Below, piece by piece: positions 16,151 to 26,379 of a stretch of DNA of 64,000 nucleotides (positions are counted from its first letter, which is position 1; each line of letters begins with the position of its first letter). The notes under the pieces were generated by a model that saw nothing but the letters and a program-made list of their open reading frames with translations, was not told the origin of the DNA and searched no databases. The position numbers and the translations under genes are program-made. Where the stretch lies: the NCBI GenBank assembly GCA_937895515.1, contig CALAYS010000012.1, forward strand, positions 11,379 to 75,378, in the 5' to 3' direction. Source of the DNA: an uncultured bacterium (GTDB taxonomy: Bacteria; Patescibacteriota; Minisyncoccia; Phycocordibacterales; UBA9973).

Positions 16151-17335
16151 TCAATTTCTTTTAATAGTACATGCACTGAATGGCTGACAAGTAGCTCCAT
16201 CAATCATTAATTTTAGATACATTGTATAACGAGGTAAATTAACCAAATCTATTTCCGTAAATACCGGATGAAATTCCTTTACTAAAAATTCAGCATCACT
16301 TGCTCCAATCCTAAAAGAGATTAAAGTTCCGATATTCCCGAAAATTGCTGAACGTATTTCATCTTTTAATTGCTCAATATATTGGTTTGCCAAAAATAAC
16401 CCCAAACCATATTTCCTGCTTTCGGCCAATATATCAGCTATAGAGTTTGTAATAAATGACTGACATTCATCAATATATAAATAAAACGGTCTGCGGGTGT
16501 GTTCCGGTTGCCTTGCCCTATATAAAGCAGAAAGTTGTATTGTATTGACCAACATACAACCTAAGAGTGATGATATATCCTCACCTAACTTTCCCTTACC
16601 AAGATTAGCAATGAATATCTTACCTTCATCCATTACTTTTTGCATATGGAATCCTGTGGTTTTTTGCCCAACAATGCCTCGCAAAATTGCACTACTTGAA
16701 AAAATACCTACCTTGTTTAAAATCGGTGCAATAGCTTCCGACCTGAAACTTGGTGAATACTTTTCAAATTCATCATACCAAAATCGCAAGACCTCTTTGG
16801 TCTCAACACTTGATAAAATATCGTTTCTAAACTCTTTACTGGTCAACAATGGCTGTATATCAAGCAAGGTAGCATTTCTGTATTCCAACAGAGTCAATAA
16901 ACTAAACCGTAATATATGTTCAAGCCTTGGACCCCAACTATCAGCCCAAATTTTCTTAAATGTACTCAAAAGCCCTGAACAAACTAAATGATGAAAATTT
17001 GGGTGTACATTTTTTAATGGATTATACGCGATAGGATGCCCAACATCGGCAGGGTTGAAATAGATAAGGTCTTCTTTTCGGTCATCTGGAATATATTTTA
17101 AAAGTGTTTCGGCAACATCACCATGTGGATCAATCACACAAAATCCGTTACCACGTTTAATATCTGAAATAGCCATATTTAAAAGCAAGGTAGATTTACC
17201 TGTGCCGGTTTTACCAATACAGTAAATATGCCCTAATCTATCTTTGTCTTTAATACCAAATATTCGGTCATCGTTTCTAAAATTGACTCTCCCAATGGGG
17301 GTGATTTGTTCTTTGTATTCATAATTTTTGTTCAT
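16151..17335 (-). CDS. soluble T4CP (TraD/VirD4/TrwB)- or HerA/FtsK-like P-loop ATPase
   Basis: 394 aa; Walker A GKTGTGKST, Walker B FYLYIDECQSF, no N-terminal TM segment. Confidence 0.75.
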   Translation of the reverse strand: MNKNYEYKEQITPIGRVNFRNDDRIFGIKDKDRLGHIYCIGKTGTGKSTLLLNMAISDIKRGNGFCVIDPHGDVAETLLKYIPDDRKEDLIYFNPADVGHPIAYNPLKNVHPNFHHLVCSGLLSTFKKIWADSWGPRLEHILRFSLLTLLEYRNATLLDIQPLLTSKEFRNDILSSVETKEVLRFWYDEFEKYSPSFRSEAIAPILNKVGIFSSSAILRGIVGQKTTGFHMQKVMDEGKIFIANLGKGKLGEDISSLLGCMLVNTIQLSALYRARQPEHTRRPFYLYIDECQSFITNSIADILAESRKYGLGLFLANQYIEQLKDEIRSAIFGNIGTLISFRIGASDAEFLVKEFHPVFTEIDLVNLPRYTMYLKLMIDGATCQPFSACTIKRN

Positions 17336-17676
17336 ACAATACCAATGATACGAGATGGAACAAATGAATATAAGATGGGTAAAAAGGCTTCATATAGCAA
17401 ATATGCCTGACTTATTTAACAGTTAATATTGATCCAAAATAGAGGTATTAACAAATAATATAGACTGATATATAATGGGCAAGCTATACAAAAAGGGTTT
17501 AACACAAAAAGAAGTAAAATCTAAAGAAGGGCAGCGAAACTTTTTGTATAGCAACAAAGGTGTTAATCGCTGTCCTTCTTTGGGCTTTGATATTAATAGT
17601 AAGAATATACCTGAGGAAATACGGATAAATCATCTTGCCGGAATCTTAGTCCGAATATTCCTTAGTCAGAAATCAC

Positions 17677-19197
17677 ATGAGCAACGTAATACAAATAGAG
17701 AATAAAAGGGCTGTAATATATTGCCGCGTATCAACCAAAGAACAAGTTGATGAAGGTAATAGTCTTGCATCTCAAAACAAAATATGTCGGGATTATGCTC
17801 TAAAAAACGGCTATGAAATAGTTGAGGTTTTTGTTGAGCAAGGTGAAAGCGCAAAAACAACTGACCGGACTGAATTAAAGAATATGCTTGCATACTGCGC
17901 TCAAAAGAAAAACCGTATCAATGCAGTCATAGCTTACAAAATTGACCGTATATCTCGAAATATGGACGATTACAGCTATATTAGAATAGCACTCAAAAGT
18001 CAGGGTATAGAAATTAAATCTACCTCAGAACATTTTGAAAATACCCCTGCCGGACGTTTTATGGAAAACATAATCGCAAATGTGGCTCAATTTGATAATG
18101 ATGTCCGAACTGAACGCTCTGTTGGTGGGATGCGTGAAGCCACTAAAGAAGGCCGTTATGTTTGGATGGCACCTGTGGGATATGACAATATTAAAATAGC
18201 AGGAAAATCAACGATAGCTAAAAATGCATTAGCTCCTCTAATTTTAGAAGCTTTTCAAAAAGTTGCACAAAATGAATGTTCAATAGATGAGGTCTATCGT
18301 TGGGCAAGACAACAAGGTTTAGTCAGTAGAAACGGCAAACCTGTTGTTCAATCATATTTCTATATGATGTTACGGAATGAGCTCTATGCTGGTTGGATAT
18401 TAAAATTTGGAGAACGACATAAAGGATTATTTGAACCTATTATATCTGAGGAGCTATTTAACCGTGTCCAAAGGGTTATTAAAAACAGAACAAGGGTTAG
18501 TCATAACTATCTGATTGAAAATCCTGACTTCCCATTAAAACGCTTTATTCAGCACCCATCAGGGTTGAAACTTACAGGTTGTTGGTGTCAAGGTAGAAAT
18601 GCCAAATATCCATTTTACAGATTTTTAATTAAGGGTGGCTCATTTAATAAGGATTCATTGGAACTAAAGTTTCAAAACCACGCAGATAAGTATCGCTTTG
18701 ACGATAACAAAATAAAGGCTCTGAAAGAAAGTATAAGGGAAAATCTGGTAAAGGAGCAAAAAGGCCAGCAAAAGGAATCTGAAAGACTAATAAGCTATAT
18801 TGGAGAATTAAAAACAAAACAGAGCCTTCTTATTCAGAAAAATCTTGATGGGGTTATAAGTAATCAAATCTTACAAGGTGAACTTGATAGAATAGATCAG
18901 GAACTCATCAAGGCTGAAACTACTTTGGATAGAATTCCTAAAACCTATTACTCAATTGAAGATATGGCTGATTTTATTGAGAAATTTCTAAAAAACCCAA
19001 GTAAAATATGGTCTATTGCAGAACCAGATGAAAAACGAAATTTGCAATGGTTTGAATTTCCGCAAGGTTTGACCTTTGATGGAGCAAACTTTCAAACCAA
19101 AGAAATATCCAGTCTTTTCAAGCTGAATGAGGAATTTTCTGATGAAAATTCCTTTAGAGTGCTCTCGGCAGGAATCGAACCTGCAACTATTCCTTAG
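17677..19197 (+). CDS. large serine recombinase (integrase)
   Basis: 506 aa; resolvase catalytic domain (AVIYCRVSTKEQ, YKIDRISR), recombinase domain and long coiled-coil C-terminal part. The last 38 nt overlap the tRNA-Arg gene on the opposite strand. Confidence 0.9.
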   Translation: MSNVIQIENKRAVIYCRVSTKEQVDEGNSLASQNKICRDYALKNGYEIVEVFVEQGESAKTTDRTELKNMLAYCAQKKNRINAVIAYKIDRISRNMDDYSYIRIALKSQGIEIKSTSEHFENTPAGRFMENIIANVAQFDNDVRTERSVGGMREATKEGRYVWMAPVGYDNIKIAGKSTIAKNALAPLILEAFQKVAQNECSIDEVYRWARQQGLVSRNGKPVVQSYFYMMLRNELYAGWILKFGERHKGLFEPIISEELFNRVQRVIKNRTRVSHNYLIENPDFPLKRFIQHPSGLKLTGCWCQGRNAKYPFYRFLIKGGSFNKDSLELKFQNHADKYRFDDNKIKALKESIRENLVKEQKGQQKESERLISYIGELKTKQSLLIQKNLDGVISNQILQGELDRIDQELIKAETTLDRIPKTYYSIEDMADFIEKFLKNPSKIWSIAEPDEKRNLQWFEFPQGLTFDGANFQTKEISSLFKLNEEFSDENSFRVLSAGIEPATIP

Positions 19198-19231
19198 GAC
19201 GGAACTGTTATATCCATTTAACTACAAGAGC
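19160..19231 (-). tRNA. tRNA-Arg (anticodon CCU)
   Basis: Hand-folded cloverleaf: acceptor GCUCUUG/CGAGAGC, D arm GUUA/UAAC, anticodon stem GUUCC/GGAAU with loop GUCCUAA, T arm GCAGG-UUCGAUU-CCUGC, discriminator A. Confidence 0.9.
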
Positions 19232-19260
19232 AGTTTATTGCAAGGTCTTGCCTCGCAATT

Positions 19261-21051
19261 TTATTTCTCGTTTCTGATCATCTTTAAAAAGACATCATGG
19301 GGAATGTTTACCTTACCGGATTCTTGCATTTTCTTCTTCCCTTTCTTTTGTTTTTCCCATAGCTTCATACGGCGTGTAATGTCACCTCCGTACATATGCT
19401 GAGTCACATCTTTTCTAAATGCATTTACTGATTCGGATGCAATAATGCGCCCCAAAGCTTTGGCTTGGATTTTAATATTGATTTGCTGGCGTGGCATGTG
19501 CTCTTTTAACATATCAACAGCTGTTCGTGCATCTTGCTCAACACGTCTTCGAGATACGATTCTACAAAATGCTGGAATAATTTCATTGTTAATTAGTATA
19601 TCCATGCGCACTACATCGGCATCACGGTATTCGGCAAATTCATAAGCAATAGATGCATAGCCCGATGAGACTGATTTTAATTTATCAAAAAATCCTCGCA
19701 TTAATTCGCGCAATGGCATTATCATTGAAATTTCGTTTCTTCCTGATCCGAAATTAATTGTTTCCATAACTTCAGCTTCATGCTCGTACAGTAGTGGCAT
19801 TAATGGTGAAATATAGTCCACTGGTAAAATAATACGCGCCATAACCCACGGCTCTAAAACCCTAGTTACTGACCCATCATCAGGAAATGCTATCGGAGTA
19901 TAAATCATTATTGGGTCTGGATTACCCTTTACATAAATATTATAAGCAATACTAGGTAGTGTAATAATTAAACGAAGATCATATTCACGATGCAGTCTTT
20001 CGGTAATAATTTCCATATGTAGCATTCCTAAAAATCCAACTCGGAATCCTCGCCCTAATACTAACGATGTTTCTTCTTCAAAATTAAAAGCAGCATCTTC
20101 TAAATGTAGTCTTTCTAACGCTGTTTTAAGCGTACCAAAATCATCTTGGCTTTCTGGGTAAATACTAGCCCATACAACTGACTTGGGCTGAGTATATCCG
20201 GGTAGTGGGCCAGCGCGTTTTTTAGTATCGGTAATTGTGTCACCGACAGATGCTACACCGGGCTTTTTAATACCGGTTACAATATAACCAATCTCCCCTG
20301 CATCTAAACTTTCTTTTTTATTTTCTTTAGGTGAAAGTATTCCAACTTCAATTGGAGAAAAAGTCTCATCAGCACCAATTAATTGCAATTGCATTTTAGT
20401 ATTGAATGACCCAGCAATAACTCGCACAAACACAACAATGCCTTTGTGTTCTGAATATTTAAAATCAAAAACCAATGCTTGCGGATTTGCATCTTTGGCT
20501 TCAATAGTAGGTGCTGGAATACGTTTTATAATTTGTTCCAATAATTCAGGAACACCGTCACCGGTTTTACCAGAAACTTTTAAAATAGTATCTTTTTCAA
20601 TATGCAGTAATTCTACAATTTCATTAGCAATATCATCAACGCGTGATAGTGGTGAATCAATTTTAGTCATTACCGGAATAATTACTAACCCTAAATTTTG
20701 CGCCATTTCCAATGTAGTTAGTGTTTGAGCTTGGACACCTTGAGTTGAATCAACTAAAAGTAGTGTACCTTCTACGGCTTGCATTGCGCGAGAGACTTCA
20801 TAAGAAAAATCAATATGTCCCGGAGTATCAATTAAATTAAGTTCATAATTCTTGCCACCATAAAGATACTTCATTCGAACTGGTTGCATTTTAATGGTAA
20901 TACCACGCTCCCGTTCTAGCTCCATAGAATCCAATACTTGGGCTTTCATGTCACGCTTGGCAATTGTACCAGTAGCTTCAAGTAGCCGATCTGCAAGAGT
21001 CGACTTACCGTGGTCAATATGGGCAATAATGCTAAAATTCCGAATATCCAT
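19261..21051 (-). CDS. lepA: elongation factor 4 (LepA)
   Basis: 596 aa; GTPase motifs AHIDHGKST and DTPGHIDF; full-length LepA-type architecture. Confidence 0.97.
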   Translation of the reverse strand: MDIRNFSIIAHIDHGKSTLADRLLEATGTIAKRDMKAQVLDSMELERERGITIKMQPVRMKYLYGGKNYELNLIDTPGHIDFSYEVSRAMQAVEGTLLLVDSTQGVQAQTLTTLEMAQNLGLVIIPVMTKIDSPLSRVDDIANEIVELLHIEKDTILKVSGKTGDGVPELLEQIIKRIPAPTIEAKDANPQALVFDFKYSEHKGIVVFVRVIAGSFNTKMQLQLIGADETFSPIEVGILSPKENKKESLDAGEIGYIVTGIKKPGVASVGDTITDTKKRAGPLPGYTQPKSVVWASIYPESQDDFGTLKTALERLHLEDAAFNFEEETSLVLGRGFRVGFLGMLHMEIITERLHREYDLRLIITLPSIAYNIYVKGNPDPIMIYTPIAFPDDGSVTRVLEPWVMARIILPVDYISPLMPLLYEHEAEVMETINFGSGRNEISMIMPLRELMRGFFDKLKSVSSGYASIAYEFAEYRDADVVRMDILINNEIIPAFCRIVSRRRVEQDARTAVDMLKEHMPRQQINIKIQAKALGRIIASESVNAFRKDVTQHMYGGDITRRMKLWEKQKKGKKKMQESGKVNIPHDVFLKMIRNEK

Positions 21052-21066
21052 AATATATATCTTACT

Positions 21067-22677
21067 TTAACGGAACTTGGGCAAAAGAGCAAGGATAGAT
21101 TTTTTAATAGTGTTTTTTAGATAAAGTCTATCTTCTGCAATGTGTTTATCATGAACCATACCCAAAATTACATATGAACATATTAAGAAAAATCCAAAAA
21201 TTATGAATGAAAAAATTAAATGAATAATTATTCCGCGATGACCCAAAAGCATTACATATAATATATACCTTGAAGAGATGGCGACAATTCCAATAGTTAC
21301 AATGATTTTAAAAATATACAAAAATCCTAAATATGGTTTTTTAATAACTTTATTTTTATGATAAATAATTAAACAAACACCCAATGAAATATACTGTGCC
21401 AAGCTATAAGAAAGTGGTATTGATAATGCAGTATAAAAACTGCCTTTTAAATGATTAAACGCAAAAAAAGAAAAAACATACATTAATAAAGCCGACAGTG
21501 CATTAGTAACTAACGGCAAAATATAATCGCCTTTGGCATATGATGCCCTTGAAATTAAAAGTATTATATTTTGAGCATACAAAGAAATAGTAAATATACC
21601 TAAAGCTCCGGCTGTTAGCAGTACATCGTGGTTAGTAAATTTACCACTACCAAACAATATATAAACTATCTCATAACGAAATAGTATAACCAATGCTGTT
21701 AAAACTATTGAGATTAAAAATATTTTTTTAAACCCTCGAGAAAAAATAGAATCAAATAAAATATGGTCACCTTTGACATAAGCATCGGCTAACTGCGGGA
21801 AAATAGTTGTAGTATATGACACACCAATTAATGTATGGAATACGGTTTGCAATGTAAAAGCTAAACTAATAATTGTAATTGAACCCACTGGGTAAAGTGA
21901 AGCAAAATAAGTTAATAAGAAAAAAGTTACAGCTGATGCTATCAAAGACAATGTTCGAAGAAATGATTTTTTTAAAGTTTGTTTTAATAAACTAAAAGAA
22001 AAAGCTTTGTTGATAAACGACAAATACCCCACAAATAAACCTTCTTTTAAAGCTACCGGCATTGAAACCGACAAATGCATAATTGACCCCAAGACGACAC
22101 CCACACAAACCCCACCAATACCCCAAAATGGTCTTAAAAATAAAATCCCAATAACTGCACCCAAATTATATAAAATGGGAGCAACACCTACTGCAAAAAA
22201 TTTACGCTTTTGTTGGGATACACTAGAAATAATTGATGAAAGGGACAAGAAAAATGTTGAAATCAAAAGAATTGACCCATAAATAACAATTGAATGTTGA
22301 AAGGCTTTTTCAGTATGACCATATAAATGCTTTATTATATAGGGTAAAAAAATCATTACCGCTCCATAAACAACAATAAAAAATACAGCAAATGTTGTTA
22401 AAAGCTTTTGAAACCAAATTACCCTATCTTCATCATAAAGTTTTTTTGAAAAAAGAGGCACAAGTATAGCGCTACTAACAAATGAACCAATAGACAGATA
22501 CATGAATTCTGGAACCCGAAATGCAGCATAGTAAGAATCCAAGAAAAATCCAGCCCCATAAATATGGGAAAGTAATTTATCACGAATAAAACCCAATAAC
22601 TGTGAGATTAGTGAACTCACCGCTAAAAACAAAGTACTATTAAAAATATTACCGTGTTTATTTTGCATACTAATCAC
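21067..22677 (-). CDS. murJ: lipid II flippase MurJ
   Basis: 536 aa polytopic membrane protein; N-terminal LGFIRDKLLSHIYGAG...YYAAFRVPEF typical of MurJ/MviN. Confidence 0.88.
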   Translation of the reverse strand: MISMQNKHGNIFNSTLFLAVSSLISQLLGFIRDKLLSHIYGAGFFLDSYYAAFRVPEFMYLSIGSFVSSAILVPLFSKKLYDEDRVIWFQKLLTTFAVFFIVVYGAVMIFLPYIIKHLYGHTEKAFQHSIVIYGSILLISTFFLSLSSIISSVSQQKRKFFAVGVAPILYNLGAVIGILFLRPFWGIGGVCVGVVLGSIMHLSVSMPVALKEGLFVGYLSFINKAFSFSLLKQTLKKSFLRTLSLIASAVTFFLLTYFASLYPVGSITIISLAFTLQTVFHTLIGVSYTTTIFPQLADAYVKGDHILFDSIFSRGFKKIFLISIVLTALVILFRYEIVYILFGSGKFTNHDVLLTAGALGIFTISLYAQNIILLISRASYAKGDYILPLVTNALSALLMYVFSFFAFNHLKGSFYTALSIPLSYSLAQYISLGVCLIIYHKNKVIKKPYLGFLYIFKIIVTIGIVAISSRYILYVMLLGHRGIIIHLIFSFIIFGFFLICSYVILGMVHDKHIAEDRLYLKNTIKKSILALLPKFR

Positions 22678-25318
22678 TAATTTTAATTACAAAATTAATT
22701 ATTTTATTTGGTATAAAAATAGTACGGACTAATTCCCCGCTTTCAAAATATTTACGGTATTTATCATCCATATTTATTATTCCAACTATTTCTTCTTGTT
22801 TAGTATCTGGTAAAACAGAAACTTCACCACGAAGTTTACCATTGAATTGAACAATTATTTTTTGCATCAAAATACGCTCTTTTAGTTTTTTAGATTTTGG
22901 CCAATCATTTTTATGAATACTCGATTTAAACCCAAAATTAGAATAAATTTCATCAGTTACATATGGAGCAAAAGGAGCAAGTAATTTTATAAATAATATA
23001 AAATCATCATTGGATATTTCACAATTTTTATCTTCAATTAAACCTAAAAATATCATCATTGCCGATATGGCAGTGTTAAATTTAAATTCAGCAATATCAT
23101 TACTTACTTTTAATATTAAATCCTGCAATGCATAAGAAATATCAATATTGGTTTTACTTTTAGATTCCAAAACTTTTAAACTAGCTCGCCAAACACGCTC
23201 GATAAACCGCCGTGAACCCATAATGCTCTCTGTATTCCAAGGTAAATGCGAATCAAAAGGCCCTAAAAACATTTCATAAACCCGCAGTGTATCTGCACCA
23301 TAGGTTTTAACTATGTCGTCAGGATTAATAACATTACCCCAGCGTTTACTCATTTTACGGCCATCAGCACCACCTATCATACCTTGGTGACGAAGTGACT
23401 TAAAAGGCTCGTCAGACTTAACTACTCCTAGATCATGCAGTACTTTATGCCAAAAACGTGCGTATAATAAATGCCCAGTATTATGCTCGGTACCACCTAT
23501 GTACATATCCACTCCGCCATTTTTACCAAAGAAAAAGTCTAAATTTTCTTTACTTGCAATTTGTTTTTTATTATTAGGGTCGGTATACCGCAAAAAATAC
23601 CAACTGGACCCTGCCCAGCCCGGCATAGTATTTGTCTCATAGCCATTTTTAACCCATTCTTTGGAATTTGCAAGTGGACTCTCTCCATTACCTGATGGAG
23701 CAAAAGATTTTAAATTAGGCAGTACTAACGGAAGATTTTTTACTTCATGAATTAGTCCATCTTTATCTTTATATAGTGGTATTGGTTCACCCCAATATCG
23801 TTGCCGTGCAAAAATTGCATCCCGCATTTTGTAATTAGTTTTTTTCTTTGCGTAGCCTTTATTAATTACATAATTTGAAATTTTTTCCCGATTATCTTTA
23901 GCATTTAAACCATTAAATTCTTTTGGTTCTATAAGAAAACCATTTTGGGTATCGGAAAAACATATTTCTAAATTTTTAACAGCTTTTGCTAATTCTGGAT
24001 CTTTTGGGAACAATACTGGTTTTAATTTAATATTATATTTTTTAGCAAAAGCAAAATCACGCTCATCATGACAAGAACATTTTACAATTCCAGTACCATA
24101 ATCAGCCAAAGCAAAACTGGCTACCCATATTGGAAGCTCTCCATTACCTAGTGGGTCTATAGCATATCTACCAGTAAAAATACCTTCAACTTCTTTTTCA
24201 TTATTTTGATTCAAATTTCTTTTATTAGTAATTTCTTTTGCTTGTTTTAAAATATATTCACTATCTTTTAATCCATCTACCAATTTAGGTAACAATGGAT
24301 GATCAGGTGCAATTACAAAAAAAGTATCTGCATAACATGCTTCAAAGTGGGTTGAATAAGTTTGTATTGTTATATTTGAATCTTTTACTTTTGCAGAAAA
24401 AACTAAACCTTCACTTTTACCTATCCAATTTCTTTGAGTTTCTTTAGTAGAATCCAAAAAATCAACATGATTTAGACCATCTAACAATCTATCCCCATAT
24501 GCACTGATGCGCATAAACCATTGGCGCATAGACTTTTTAACAACAGGATATTCTCCACGCTCGGATACTGGACCATTAGGTGTATCAACTATTTCATCGT
24601 TAGCTAAGACTGTGCCTAAATCAGGGCACCAATTAACTTCAGCATAACCAACATACGCCAAACGATAATTCATTAAAATATCTTGTTTTTCTAGTTTAGA
24701 AAAAGCTTTCCATTCTTTTGCAGTAAATAGGCTTACATCTCCATGTGCAGTATTTTCATTTATAATTTTATTTCCAGACTTTTCAAAAATTTTTATAAGC
24801 TCATTTATATCAAAAGCTTTTTGTTTTTTAGTATCAAAATAACTATTATAAATTTTTAAAAATATTTCTTGGGTAAATTTATAATATTCTGGGTTATGAG
24901 TAGTAACCATTCTATCCCAGTCATAAGAAAACCCAATTATAGAAAGTTGTTTTTTATATTGTTCAACTAGTTTATCAGTAAAAGGCCCAGGGTGTTTACC
25001 GGTCTTTATAGCGTATTGTTCCGCAGGAAGCCCAAAAGAATCAAAACCCATAGGGTGTAGTACATTGTAGCCCTGCATTCTTTTCATCCGAGCGTATACA
25101 TCGGACCCAATATAACCCCGTGGATGCCCCACATGGAGCCCTGCCCCCGATGGGTATGGGAACATATCTAAAACATAATGTGGTTTTAGCTTTTTAGAAA
25201 TTGCAGATTTTGCATCAAGGGTTTTGTAAACTTTGTTTTCATCCCAAAATTTTTGCCATCTTTTTTCTATCTTACTGTGGTCGTAAATTAAATTATTTTT
25301 TATTTTCTTATTTTCCAT
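22670..25318 (-). CDS. leuS: leucyl-tRNA synthetase
   Basis: 882 aa; HIGH-type HVGHPRGY, GFDSFGLPAEQYA, KMSKRWGN (KMSKS). Confidence 0.97.
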   Translation of the reverse strand: MENKKIKNNLIYDHSKIEKRWQKFWDENKVYKTLDAKSAISKKLKPHYVLDMFPYPSGAGLHVGHPRGYIGSDVYARMKRMQGYNVLHPMGFDSFGLPAEQYAIKTGKHPGPFTDKLVEQYKKQLSIIGFSYDWDRMVTTHNPEYYKFTQEIFLKIYNSYFDTKKQKAFDINELIKIFEKSGNKIINENTAHGDVSLFTAKEWKAFSKLEKQDILMNYRLAYVGYAEVNWCPDLGTVLANDEIVDTPNGPVSERGEYPVVKKSMRQWFMRISAYGDRLLDGLNHVDFLDSTKETQRNWIGKSEGLVFSAKVKDSNITIQTYSTHFEACYADTFFVIAPDHPLLPKLVDGLKDSEYILKQAKEITNKRNLNQNNEKEVEGIFTGRYAIDPLGNGELPIWVASFALADYGTGIVKCSCHDERDFAFAKKYNIKLKPVLFPKDPELAKAVKNLEICFSDTQNGFLIEPKEFNGLNAKDNREKISNYVINKGYAKKKTNYKMRDAIFARQRYWGEPIPLYKDKDGLIHEVKNLPLVLPNLKSFAPSGNGESPLANSKEWVKNGYETNTMPGWAGSSWYFLRYTDPNNKKQIASKENLDFFFGKNGGVDMYIGGTEHNTGHLLYARFWHKVLHDLGVVKSDEPFKSLRHQGMIGGADGRKMSKRWGNVINPDDIVKTYGADTLRVYEMFLGPFDSHLPWNTESIMGSRRFIERVWRASLKVLESKSKTNIDISYALQDLILKVSNDIAEFKFNTAISAMMIFLGLIEDKNCEISNDDFILFIKLLAPFAPYVTDEIYSNFGFKSSIHKNDWPKSKKLKERILMQKIIVQFNGKLRGEVSVLPDTKQEEIVGIINMDDKYRKYFESGELVRTIFIPNKIINFVIKISD

Positions 25319-25327
25319 TGGTGTATT

Positions 25328-26332
25328 TTAAAGATTGTCTTTTTTGTAAACTGGATAAAATTTAATATCAATATTTCTTTTAAAACAATATTGACCTGCT
25401 GGGTGATCCCAAGAAAGATTATTAGCATCAGAACTAATAGCAATATCAGTAGCTCCGTAATAAACAGGTGATGTTTTATAAACATATCCTGATTGATCCA
25501 TATAGCTTTTAATTACATCAGTTGATAAATTAAAAGTAGTACACAATTCATAATTACGTTTTTTTAAATCTGTTAATTTATAAGTATATATTGACAAATC
25601 TTGATCTGGGAAAGAATAGCTATCATTACCTGGGAATTTATCTAGATCAGCCATGGTTTTAGGCATTTCACCTGTTGTTTGCCAATAATTAATAACATTA
25701 TAATTCATAGTTTGAATTGTAGTTTGTCTTTGATCATCAATACGAATTAATCTTTGAGTTTTAGGAGAACCAATAAGATAAAATCCAAAAACAATAACTA
25801 AAATAGAAACTAAAATCCCAAGGTAAGAAAAAGCTTTACGTGAATGACGTGACCAAACATTATCCCAAGTTAAAACATGGAAATAATAAATAAACACCAT
25901 AGCTGAAAAACCAAACAAAGCCAAAACTTTTGAAATAAATCTAACAGTTACTTCACCTGAAAGAAAATATTTTAAAAGAGTAATAAGGTCGCCCAAAATA
26001 ACCAAACCTAAAACAAACAAAACAGAAAGTAACATCCATTTGCGAAGTGGAATTAAAAGATATTCTTTATTTTTGTTAATTCTTTTTTTATTAATGTATT
26101 CTAAAACATAAAGCACAATAATACTGATAATAAAAAAGGCTAAAGAATTTTGAACACCGCTATTTATACTTAAATAACTATTTAATGTATCAGGCATGAT
26201 TCGGTCAAATCCTTTGAAAACTAAAGAGATACAAGATACAAAAGTTGCAATTAAAGAAATTAAAATACCTAATAATAAGAAAAAATCTACTGCTTTTAAG
26301 TGGGTTTTTGAGTGATGATGTGTATTTTCCAT
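25328..26332 (-). CDS. hypothetical polytopic membrane protein
   Basis: 334 aa; about five hydrophobic helices in the N-terminal two thirds, soluble C-terminal domain. Confidence 0.6.
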   Translation of the reverse strand: MENTHHHSKTHLKAVDFFLLLGILISLIATFVSCISLVFKGFDRIMPDTLNSYLSINSGVQNSLAFFIISIIVLYVLEYINKKRINKNKEYLLIPLRKWMLLSVLFVLGLVILGDLITLLKYFLSGEVTVRFISKVLALFGFSAMVFIYYFHVLTWDNVWSRHSRKAFSYLGILVSILVIVFGFYLIGSPKTQRLIRIDDQRQTTIQTMNYNVINYWQTTGEMPKTMADLDKFPGNDSYSFPDQDLSIYTYKLTDLKKRNYELCTTFNLSTDVIKSYMDQSGYVYKTSPVYYGATDIAISSDANNLSWDHPAGQYCFKRNIDIKFYPVYKKDNL

Positions 26333-26379
26333 ATACGGATATTATAGCAAAAATATAGATATTTTGGTAGAATAGACCA

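Larger units (their letters stand above)
1..19197. mobile_element. Right-hand portion of an integrative/accessory island abutting tRNA-Arg(CCU); left end not in window
   Basis: Large serine recombinase and T4CP-like ATPase sit at the tRNA-proximal end. The cargo is R-M, RadC and accessory biosynthetic-type genes. Gene content switches to housekeeping genes (lepA onward) immediately right of the tRNA. The 6.4-16.1 kb part is visibly more AT-rich than the core. Confidence 0.6.

Noticed and set aside
17475-17705. 76-aa basic ORF just upstream of, and overlapping, the recombinase start; considered as an excisionase/RDF
   Set aside because: No HTH or known RDF motif is visible. It is short, overlaps the recombinase start by 29 nt and competes with a minus-strand ORF, so there is not enough support to call it.
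19127-19402. 91-aa plus-strand ORF spanning the recombinase end, tRNA-Arg and the 3' end of lepA
   Set aside because: It overlaps a well-folded tRNA and the conserved lepA C-terminus on the other strand, and has no motif support.
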